Both the position numbers and the translations under genes were made by a program. Of a stretch of DNA of 64,000 nucleotides, positions 23,501-34,946 are shown piece after piece (within the stretch, counting starts at the first letter, position 1; each line of letters begins with the position of its first letter). The notes beneath the pieces were generated by a model. The model searched no databases and was not told the origin of the DNA. It was given only the letters and a program-made list of their open reading frames with translations. The stretch covers positions 62,001 to 126,000 of the forward strand of contig NW_027139260.1 in NCBI RefSeq assembly GCF_035084215.1, given 5' to 3'. The DNA is from Heptranchias perlo (Eukaryota).

Positions 23501-26500
23501 TAATCAAACTATCGCCTGGTTTACACCCGTCACATTCTCTGTCCCACTGAGTGAGTGGAAATAATCAAACTATCGCCTGGTTTACACACGTCACATTCTC
23601 TGTCCCACTGAGTGAGTGAGGGGAAATAATCAAACTATCGCCTGGTTTGCACCCGTCACATTCTCTGTCCCACTGAGTGAGTGAGGGGCAAATAATCAAA
23701 CTATCGCCTGGTTTACACCCGTCACATTCTCTGTCCCACTGAGTGAGTGAGGGGAAATAATCAAACTATCGCCTGGTTTACACCCGTCACATTCTCTGTC
23801 CCACTGAGTGAGTGGAAATAATCAAACTATCGACTGGTTTACACCGTCACATTCTCTGTCCCACTGAGTGAGTGGAAATAATCAAACTATCGCCTGGTTT
23901 ACACCCGTCACATTCTCTGTCCCACTGAGTGAGTGGAAATAATCAAACTATCGCCTGGTTTACACCCGTCACATTCTCTGTCCCACTGAGTGAGTTAGGG
24001 GGGAAATAATCAAACTATCGCCTGGTTTACACACGTTACATTCTCTGTCCCACTGAGTGAGGGGAAATAATCAAACTATCGCCTGGTTTACAACCGTCAC
24101 ATTCTCTGTCCCACTGAGTGAGTGGAAATAATCAAACTATCGCCTGGTTTACACCCGTCACATTCTCTGTCCCACTGAGTGAGTGAGGGGAAATAATCAA
24201 ACTATCGCCTGGTTTACACCCGTCACATTCTCTGTCCCACTGAGTGAGTGAGGGGCAAATAATCAAACTATCGCCTGGTTTACACCCGTCACATTCTCTG
24301 TCCCACTGAGTGAGTGAGGGGAAATAATCAAACTATCGCCTGGTTTACACCCGTCACATTCTCTGTCCCACTGAGTGAGTGGAAATAATCAAACTATCGC
24401 CTGGTTTACACCCGTCACATTCTCTGTCCCACTGAGTGAGTGGAAATAATCAAACTATCGCCTGGTTTACACCCGTCACATTCTCTGTCCCACTGAGTGA
24501 GTGGAAATAATCAAACTATCGCCTGGTTTACACCCGTCACATTCTCTGTCCCACTGAGTGAGTGGAAATAATCAAACTATCGCCTGGTTTACACCCGTCA
24601 CATTCTCTGTCCCACTGAGTGAGGGGAAATAATCAAACTATCGCCTGGTTTACACCCGTCACATTCTCTGTCGCACTGAGTGAGTGAAGGGAAATAATCA
24701 AACTATCGCCTGGTTTACACCCGTCACATTCTCTGTCCCACTGAGTGAGTGGAAATAATCAAACTATCGCCTGGTTTACACCCGTCACGTTCTCTGTCCC
24801 ACTGAGTGAGTGAGGGGAAATAATCAAACTATCGCCTGGTTTACACCCGTCACATTCTCTGTCCCACTGAGTGAGGGGGGAAATAATCAAACTATCGCCT
24901 GGTTTACACCCGTCACATTCTCTGTCCCACTGAGTGAGGGGAAATAATCAAACTATCGCCTGGTTTACACCCGTCACATTCTCTGTCCCACTGAGTGAGG
25001 GGAAATAATCAAACTATCGCCTGGTTGACACCCGTCACATTCTCTGTCCCATTGACTGAGGGGAAATAATCAAACTATCGCCTGGTTTACACCCGTCACA
25101 TTCTCTGTCCCACTGAGTGAGGGGGAAATAATCAAACTATCGCCTGGTTTACACCCGTCACATTCTCAGTCCCACTGAGTGAGTGAAGGGAAATAATCAA
25201 ACTATCGCCTGGTTTACACCCGTCACATTCTCTGTCCCACTGAGTGAGGGGGAAATAATCAAACTATCGCCTGGTTTACACCCGTCACATTCTCTGTCCC
25301 ACTGAGTGAGTGAGGGGGGAAATAATCAAACTATCGCCTGGTTTACACCCGTCACATTCTCTGTCCCACTGAGTGAGGGGGGAAATAATCAAACTATCGC
25401 CTGGTTTACACCCGTCACATTCTCTGTCCCACTGAGTGAGGGGAAATAATCAAACTATCGCCTGGTTTACACCCGTCACATTCTCTGTCCCACCGAGTGA
25501 GGGGAAATAATCAAACTATCGCCTGGTTTACACCCGTCACATTCTCTGTCCCACTGATTGAGGGGAAATAATCAAACTATCGCCTGGTTTACACACGTCA
25601 CATTCTCTGTCCCACTGAGTGAGGGGAAATAATCAAACTATCGCCTGGTTTACACCCGTCACATTCTCTGTCCCACTGAGTGAGTGAAGGGAAATAATCA
25701 AACTATCGCCTGGTTTACACCCGTCACATTCTCTGTCCCACTGAGTGAGTGAGGGGGAAATAATCAAACTATCGCCTAGTTTACACCCGTCACATTCTCT
25801 GTCCCACTGAGTGAGGGGAAATAATCAAACTATCTCCTGGTTTACACCCGTCACATTCTCTGTCCCACTGAGTGAGGGGGAAATATTCAAACTATCGCCT
25901 GGTTTACACCCGTCACATTCTCTGTCCCACTGAGTGAGTGGAAATAATCAAACTATCGCCTGGTTTACACCCGTCACATTCTCTGTTCCACTGAGTGAGT
26001 GAGGGGGAAATAATCAAACTATCGCCTGGTTTACACCCGTCACATTCTCTGTCCCACTGAGTGAAGGGAAATAATCAAACTATCGCCTGGTTTACACCCG
26101 TCACGTTCTCTGTCCCACTGAGTGAGGGGAAATAATCAAACTATCGCCTGGTTTACACCCGTCACATTCTCTGTCCCACTGAGTGAGTGAGGGGAAATAA
26201 TCAAACTATCGCCTGGTTTACACCCGTCACATTCTCTGTCCCACTGAGTGAGTGAGGGGGGAAATAATCAAACTATCGCCTGGTTTACACCCGTCACATT
26301 CTCTGTCCCACTGAGTGAGGGGAAATAATCAAACTATCGCCTGGTTTACACCCGTCACATTCTCTGTCCCACTGAGTGAGTGAAGGGAAATAATCAAACT
26401 ATCGCCTGGTTTACACCCGTCACATTCTCTGTCCCACTGAGTGGGGGGAAATAATCAAACTATCGCCTGGTTTACACCCGTCACATTCTCTGTCCCACTG

Positions 26501-29500
26501 AGTGAGGGGAAATAATCAAACTATCGCCTGGTTTACACCCGTCACATTCTCTGTCCCACTGAGTGAGTGAGGGGGAAATAATCAAACTATCTCCTGGTTT
26601 ACACCCGTCACATTCTCTGTCCCACTGAGTGAGGGGAAAATAATCAAACTATCGCCTGGTTTACACCCGTCACATTCTCTGTCCCACTGAGTGAGGGGAA
26701 ATAATCAAACTATCGCCTGGTTTACACCCGTCACATTCTCTGTCCCACTGAGTGAGGGGAAATAATCAAACTATCGCCTGGTTTACACCCGTCACATTCT
26801 CTGTCCCACTGAGTGAGTGAGGGGAAATAATCAAACTATCGCCTGGTTTACACCCGTCACATTCTCTGTCCCACTGAGTGAGTGAGGGGAAATAATCAAA
26901 CTATTGCCTGGTTTACACCCGTCACATTCTCTGTCCCACTGAGTGAGTGAGGGGGAAATAATCAAACTATCGCCTGGTTTACACCCGTCACATTCTCTGT
27001 CCCACTGAGTGAGGGGAAATAATCAAACTATCGCCTGGTTTACACCCGTCACATTCTCTGTCCCACTGAGTGAGGGGGGAAATAATCAAACTATCGCCTG
27101 GTTTACACCCGTCACATTCTCTGTCCCACTGAGTGAGGGGAAATAATCAAACTATCGCCTGGTTTACACCCGTCACATTCTCTGTCCCACTGAGTGAGGG
27201 GAAATAATCAAACTATCGCCTGGTTGACACCCGTCACATTCTCTGTCCCACTGACTGAGGGGAAATAATCAAACTATCGCCTGGTTTACACCCGTCACAT
27301 TCTCTGTCCCACTGAGTGAGGGGGAAATAATCAAACTATCGCCTGGTTTACACCCGTCACATTCTCAGTCCCACTGAGTGAGTGAAGGGAAATAATCAAA
27401 CTATCGCCTGGTTTACACCCGTCACATTCTCTGTCCCACTGAGTGAGGGGGAAATAATCAAACTATCGCCTGATTTACACCCGTCACATTCTCTGTCCCA
27501 CTGAGTGAGTGAGGGGGGAAATAATCAAACTATCGCCTGGTTTACACCCGTCACATTCTCTGTCCCACTGAGTGAGGGGGGAAATAATCAAACTATCGCC
27601 TGGTTTACACCCGTCACATTCTCTGTCCCACTGAGTGAGGGGGGAAATAATAAAACTATCGCCTGGTTTACACCCGTCACATTCTCTGTCCCACTGAGTG
27701 AGGGGAAATAATCAAACTATCGCCTGGTTTACACCCGTCACATTCTCTGTCCCACTGAGTGAGGGGAAATAATCAAACTATCGCCTGGTTTACACCCGTC
27801 ACATTCTCTGTCCCACCGAGTGAGGGGAAATAATCAAACTATCGCCTGGTTTACACCCGTCACATTCTCTGTCCCACTGATTGAGGGGAAATAATCAAAC
27901 TATCGCCTGGTTTACACACGTCACATTCTCTGTCCCACTGAGTGAGGGGAAATAATCAAACTATCGCCTGGTTTACACCCGTCACATTCTCTGTCCCACT
28001 GAGTGAGTGAAGGGAAATAATCAAACTATCGCCTGGTTTACACCCGTCACATTCTCTGTCCCACTGAGTGAGTGAGGGGGAAATAATCAAACTATCGCCT
28101 AGTTTACACCCGTCACATTCTCTGTCCCACTGAGTGAGGGGAAATAATCAAACTATCTCCTGGTTTACACCCGTCACATTCTCTGTCCCACTGAGTGAGG
28201 GGGAAATATTCAAACTATCGCCTGGTTTACACCCGTCACATTCTCTGTCCCACTGAGTGAGTGGAAATAATCAAACTATCGCCTGGTTTACACCCGTCAC
28301 ATTCTCTGTTCCACTGAGTGAGTGAGGGGGAAATAATCAAACTATCGCCTGGTTTACACCCGTCACATTCTCTGTCCCACTGAGTGAAGGGAAATAATCA
28401 AACTATCGCCTGGTTTACACCCGTCACGTTCTCTGTCCCACTGAGTGAGGGGAAATAATCAAACTATCGCCTGGTTTACACCCGTCACATTCTCTGTCCC
28501 ACTGAGTGAGTGAGGGGAAATAATCAAACTATCGCCTGGTTTACACCCGTCACATTCTCTGTCCCACTGAGTGAGTGAGGGGGGAAATAATCAAACTATC
28601 GCCTGGTTTACACCCGTCACATTCTCTGTCCCACTGAGTGAGGGGGAAATAATCAAACTATCGCCTGGTTTACACCCGTCACATTCTCTGTCCCACTGAG
28701 TGAGTGAAGGGAAATAATCAAACTATCGCCTGGTTTACACCCGTCACATTCTCTGTCCCACTGAGTGGGGGGAAATAATCAAACTATCGCCTGGTTTACA
28801 CCCGTCACATTCTCTGTCCCACTGAGTGAGGGGAAATAATCAAACTATCGCCTGGTTTACACCCGTCACATTCTCTGTCCCACTGAGTGAGTGAGGGGGA
28901 AATAATCAAACTATCTCCTGGTTTACACCCGTCACATTCTCTGTCCCACTGAGTGAGGGGAAAATAATCAAACTATCGCCTGGTTTACACCCGTCACATT
29001 CTCTGTCCCACTGAGTGAGGGGAAATAATCAAACTATCGCCTGGTTTACACCCGTCACATTCTCTGTCCCACTGAGTGAGGGGAAATAATCAAACTATCG
29101 CCTGGTTTACACCCGTCACATTCTCTGTCCCACTGAGTGAGTGAGGGGAAATAATCAAACTATCGCCTGGTTTACACCCGTCACATTCTCTGTCCCACTG
29201 AGTGAGTGAGGGGAAATAATCAAACTATTGCCTGGTTTACACCCGTCACATTCTCTGTCCCACTGAGTGAGTGAGGGGGAAATAATCAAACTATCGCCTG
29301 GTTTACACCCGTCACATTCTCTGTCCCACTGAGTGAGGGGAAATAATCAAACTATCGCCTGGTTTACACCCGTCACATTCTCTGTACCACTGAGTGAGGG
29401 GAAATAATCAAACTGTCGCCTGGTTTACACCCGTCACATTCTCTGTCCCACTGAGTGAGTGAGGGGGAAATAATCAAACTATCGCCTGGTTTAAACCCGT

Positions 29501-30576
29501 CACATTCTCTGTCCCACTGAGTGAGGGGAAATAATCAAACTATCGCCTGGTTTACACCCGTCACATTCTCTGTCCCACTGAGTGAGGGGAAATAATCAAA
29601 CTATCGCCTGGTTTACACCCGTCACATTCTCTGTCCCACTGAGTGAAGGGAAATAATCAAACTATCGCCTGGTTTACACCCGTCACATTCTCTGTCCCAC
29701 TGAGTGAGGGGAAATAATCAAACTATCGCCTGGTTTACACCCGTCACATTCTCTGTCCCACTGAGTGAGGGGAAATAATCAAACTATCGCCTGGTTTACA
29801 CCCGTCACATTCTCTGTCCCACTGAGTGAGGGGAAATAATCAAACTATCGCCTGGTTTACACCCGTCACATTCTCTGTCCCACTGAGTGAGTGAGGGGGA
29901 AATAATCAAACTATCGCCTGGTTTACACCCGTCACATTCTCTGTCCCACTGAGTGAGGGGGAAATAATCAAACTATCGCCTGGTTTACACCCGTCACATT
30001 CTCTGTCCCACTGAGTGAGTGAGGGGGAAATAATCAAACTATCGCCTGGTTTACACCCGTCACATTCTCTGTCCCACTGAGTGAGGGGGGAAATAATCAA
30101 ACTATCGCCTGGTTTACACCCGTCACATTCTCTGTCCCACTGAGTGAGGGGGAAATATTCAAACTATCGCCTGGTTTACACCCGTCACATTCTCTGTCCC
30201 ACTGAGTGAGTGAGGGGGAAATAATCAAACTATCGCCTGGTTTACACCCGTCACATTCTCTGTCCCACTGAATGAGGGGAAATAATCAAACTATCGCCTG
30301 GTTTACACCCGTCACATTCTCTGTCGCACTGAGTGAGGGGAAATAATCAAACTATCTCCTGATTTACACCCGTCACATTCTCTGTCCCACTGAGTGAGTG
30401 AGGGGGAAATTATCAAACTGTCGCGTGGTTTACACCTGTCACATTCTCTGTCCCACTGAGTGAGGGGAAATAATCAAACTATCGCCTGGTTTACACCCGT
30501 CACATTCTCTGTCCCACTGAGTGAGGGGAAATAATCAAACTATCGCCTGGTTTACACCCGTCACATTCTCTGTCCC
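11533..30576. repeat. ~19-kb satellite array, 61-bp base unit (61-67), roughly 300 copies
   Basis: Unit GTCACATTCTCTGTCCCACTGAGT(GAGT)GAG4-6AAATAATCAAACTATCGCCTGGTTTACACCC. Length varies only through an optional GAGT and the G-run; substitutions are rare. Confidence 0.99.
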
Positions 30577-33020
30577 CACCCAGATGCTCCTGGACGGGAG
30601 AATCAAGGGTGGGACAGTGAGCAGTGCCCGTATTGCTCGCTGGACCCTGCTTCTCTCACCGATGGACCTGAAAGTAAAAGGGCTCTGCGAGCCAAAGCTC
30701 GCAGCTAACCTGGTATATCCTGGAACAGCCCACCGGTGTTCCATAGAAGAGGTTTGGGAAGTAGGCATCGGTTTACGGGCCGGGATACACCCCACAGGCC
30801 GTGAAATCTATGTGGATGGCTCCAGCACAGTATCTGTTGGTGAGCGACTCACGGGGTGTGGAGTTTATGACCCAGCGGCAGACCTTGCCCTGGCAATTAA
30901 GCTTCCCAGCACCATGAGCGCCCAGCAGGCTGAACTGCCCGCTGTAGTGTACGTGGTTACACACCCGGAGATCTTCCCCACCCCATACATGATTTGCTCA
31001 GACAGCATGTTCACATGCAATTCGTGTACGGAGTACCTGGCCATCTGGTCCCACCGCGGATACACCTCCGCTGACGGGAGACCCCTCACAGTGAAACCCT
31101 TGCTGGAGAAAATCTTAGCAGCAGTGGGGGAGGAAGGGGAGGTTTTCATCCACAAGGTGAAAGCCCATTCCTCCGCAGAACCCCGGAGTGAGGGCAACCG
31201 GCAGGCCGACGTGCTGGCTAAGGAGGATGCCCGCACAGGCACTTTCTGGGATCCATATGGGTCCTGTCCAATAGCAGCAGTCACGGGTAGGAATGGGACA
31301 CAGGGGAGTGCAGGGGTAGCTCTAACCCCGGACCTTAAGACGGTCCAAACCCAAGACCCCGTCCTCAAGGCAGTCCTCAGTGCAGTGGCAGAAGGGAAAA
31401 GGGTAGAGGGCCCTTACAGCACAGCAGCCCTCTCTGTAAAGGAGGGCATACTGTTTAAGGGAGAGCAATGGGTAGTACCGCAGCAGCACAGGAGGGAATT
31501 CCTTCAACTGGCCCATGAGGGTCCAGGAGCGGGGCATCCCGGGCCTGAGACCACCTGGCAGCGGGTGGAACAGGCAGGATGGTGGCCAGGACTCAGGGAA
31601 GATGTCCGCGAGTTCTGTGCCAGCTGTCTGGTGTGTGCTGCTAACATCCCTGACCCCCACAAAAGGAAGGTACCTATGGGACACATCAGGAGGGTAGAGG
31701 GACCATGGCAGTCGATCCAGGTCGACTACATCGTGCCCCTACCCACCGCCCAGGGAGGCTATAAGTACTGCCTAGTCCTGGTGGATGTGTTCACAAAGTG
31801 GGTAGAAGCCTTCCCCTGTCGAACAGCCACGGCTATGAGTACAGCCAGGATCCTGGTCAGGGAGGTGTTCTCACGATGGGGGCTACCACAGTACATGGAG
31901 TCCTACCAAGGCAGGTCATGCAGAATACCCTTATGGTACTCGGCATAGAGGGGAAATGGCACGTTGCACACAACCCACAATCCTCAGGGATTGTAGAGAG
32001 GATGAACAGAACCTTGAAAGAAAGTGGGTAGAAGTCTTACCATTGGTCCTAATGGGGATCCGAGCCAGCCAGTCAAAAAGCACGGGGTATTCCCCACACG
32101 AGCTCATGACTGGTAGGGTTATGCGGACCCCCACCCATGTGCTAGCCCCGGTGCTCACGGAGGGTCAGCTCAGAGAGGTGAACCGGGACAGCTTCGTCAG
32201 GAATCTGTTTGAACACCTTAAACAGGTTCACTGGCAGGCTGCTAGCAACATGGGAAAACAGCATCGGAGTAACCGACTGCTGTTCGAACCCCGTACGCAC
32301 CACGAGTGGGAGATAGGGGATCAGGTTATGGTTAGGAATTTTGCTCGGGTAGGCAGTCTAGAACCATTATACAAGGGGCCCTACAGCATTGTAGATAAGG
32401 CAAGCTCCATGGTATACGCCATAAAGCTGCCTCGGCGCACCAAATGGTTCCACATTAACCAATGTAAGTTGTTTAAATCCGAGAGAAGGGAACAGCCAGT
32501 TGGGGCAAGGTCTGAGGATAAAAATCCTCAGCCTGCAGCAGGAGCAAACTCACAGACTGCACAAGCAGGTGCAGTGGCTTGTTTTAAGGGAAGGGCCATC
32601 CCACCCACCATTTGGGACACTCCCCCGCTCATCTGGGACTCAGACGAGGTGGGACCTGAGGGCAGAGAGTCACCTGCCCCTGACACAGGTTTAGAAGAGG
32701 TACAGCCTGAGGATAGAAATCCCCAGCCAGCGGCAGTGGAGATTCCACAGACCGCACAAGAGGGGACAGTGGCTCGGGTTGAAGACCCACCAGCCAGAAA
32801 ACCACCACCAGCCAGAGTCCCTAGAAGGTCCCCACGAACGCCACGGCCAAAGAAACCGTGGTCCCCGGCTCCCCAGTTTAAAAGGGCAGCCCCTCAAGTC
32901 AGGGATCGATCTGAGGACAGAGGTCCCCAGCCAGCAGCCACAGGCTGCGAAGGACCAAAGGTGCAGGACAGGGCGGCCACACCGAAGGGAGTAGTGTGCT
33001 GTAGCCCGAACAGGGATTAG
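30577..33020 (+). pseudogene. pol: Truncated pol of a retrovirus-like LTR element: tether remnant, RNase H, integrase (HHCC, DDE, GPY/F) and a low-complexity tail
   Basis: Tether-like SSARIARWTLLL. RNase H: IYVDGS, SAQQAEL, CSDS, KVKAH, GNRQADVLAK. Integrase zinc finger AHEGPGAGH...CLVC and core [26 protein letters not shown] (D mutated), [16 protein letters not shown] (in another frame). GPY/F region GDQVMV...YKGPY...FHINQCK. Frameshifting deletions near 31910 and 32020. Confidence 0.92.
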
Positions 33021-33650
33021 CCTGGCCGCCCGGGGACGGGCGGTGGATGTACATAGCTTCCGTTATTTAATTTTGAGATTGTTAAGTTTGGGTGGTTTAG
33101 TTAAATTTTAAATAAGGTGGTTGGTAGTTTAAGTATTATTGTTTAAGAGTGTTTGTATTGAGTCGAGGTCGATAAAGTTTTGTGACCGTGTGTTATTTTT
33201 CTATGTATGTACCATATTTTCCAAGTGGTGCAGGGGTGTTGGACCCCCTCCGTGCTTGGATATGAATGTCACTGAATTCTTACCTGTGTCTGCATCTGAA
33301 CACTGCACCTAAAGGGGAATGTATGTTTTGGGTCTTAGATAGGTAAACTACAGGGGAAGGTTGGCTCTTGAGGATTGAGAATTTTGCTCACCTTTTACCA
33401 GTATGCTATTTGAAGCAAGGTTAAAGTATCACAGCGGGGAGTGTAAGATTCTCAAAATTCACAGATCCCCCAAAACTCGGAGGAAAAAAAAACTTAAAGA
33501 AAAGGACTTTGGACTCTTTTCTAACCATTTCAGGGTGATGAAATATTGGGCCGACTCACACACGCGCCTCACCAGGAAGCATCAACCAGGGAAAAGTACT
33601 TTTCGAGGAATTCACATCCTTTAAGGGACTCGCTTCCTCGTAGGGGCGAC

Positions 33651-34946
33651 TGTAAGAGTTCTGGGAATTCACCTTTTCCCTGAGAATGGAAAACTTTGGC
33701 CATTGACTAAAATCCTAAGATGGAAGGATAGGTGAAAGGTCACCAGACGAATCAACAACACACACAGTGGAATGTGGGAGAATTACTGCTGTTTTATCTC
33801 TGTTTTAATGCAAAACCTACAGCAGGTGGTCAACACTCAGCACTAATTCGAAAGGCAGTAGGCCATTGAAAGAGGCAACTGCTCCAGACATGGTGGGGCC
33901 ATGTCTTTGTTTTAAAGCAAAACTGATCAACACCTAGGATGTTGGGTACAAAAGGAACCCTGTAGGCCTGGTGCTACAAATCGGAATGAAACAGTGTCCC
34001 ATCGAGAAAAGCAATGGCAACATGATGAGGGACCATCAAAAGCCATCAAAGATTCTTAAGGACTTTGTAAGAACTGTTTAAACAGACATGAAGTGTTTTT
34101 TTTTAAGTGACGAAGACCAATGTAAGAGAGGGTTATAGAAGTGGAAACTCAAAACCTCTCTCGCTCTCTCTCTGGCTCTTGCTGGCTCTGGTGTTCTGCT
34201 TCTCTTGTTCTGCCTGTCTCTGGAAGGAGAGCAGTTTCCAGCAAAACCAACGAACCCTACGTGAGAGAACCGGTCAGCCAGACCTGCAAGGGCAAAGCAG
34301 TTCAGTTGAGCCAGGAGTTCGACAGCTCGGGAGACGACAGTTCAACAAGGCAAGGGGGCAACAGGAAAGCAGTTCAACAGAGAAGGTCAGCAGCTCTAGA
34401 AGCAGGCCGACACACAAGAAGAAACCAGAGCAACAGCCCCAGTGACCATCAGACACCTCGCGGCAACAAGGGCCTTACGAAACAACCAACCGAATATTAC
34501 CACCAACCAACCGGGTAATATTGAGTCACCGCGACCAAAGAAAACCAACTTGGGAGAAAACCGAAGATCCGCAAAGTTTCCATTCTACAATCTATTCCTG
34601 ACTTACCTCTGGGTGAATTACTGTCAAGGATCCGTTTGGTGAGCATTATCTCTGGCCCTTTAGAGTCCAACCTAGCTAGTACAGTGGGATTGGGAGGGGT
34701 GAGGTATCTTTCTACTGTAATTTCCCTCATGTACCGAAGTGTTCCCCATTTTATTGGAGTGTTAAAATTGTTGTGTTGTATTTTCTCTCTTGAATAAAGG
34801 TCAAAGTTTCTTGCACCAAAACCAGTTGTCTGCTGCACTTTGTCACAACCCCCAAATAAGTCCAAGGTCCAGAACCCAGGGAGTGGAAGCGATTCGAACC
34901 ACTCAGAAGTCAGAGGTGAAGCTGACACACTCCACCACCCCCTACA
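33651..34946 (+). mobile_element. 3' LTR of the pol-bearing element (alternative start at 33320)
   Basis: AGGGGCGAC|TGTAAG at 33651, or PPT-like AAAGGGGAA|TGTATG at 33320. TATA-like TTATAGAA near 34133, AATAAA at 34793-34798, and the end CCTACA at 34946 directly abuts the satellite. Confidence 0.7.

Noticed and set aside
11533-30576. CRISPR-like regular repeat array
   Set aside because: There are no unique spacers (variation is only an optional GAGT and G-run length), no cas genes, and the context is vertebrate.
30521-30576. N-terminus of the 475-aa ORF as a satellite-pol fusion gene
   Set aside because: The start is a GTG within the satellite, and the integrase is frameshifted with a catalytic Asp mutated. 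This is a chance in-frame junction.
34107-34518. Signal-peptide-like ORFs in the LTR as env or accessory genes
   Set aside because: The hydrophobic stretch derives from a CT-rich tract after the TATA box. The ORFs are short and lack fusion-protein or TM features.
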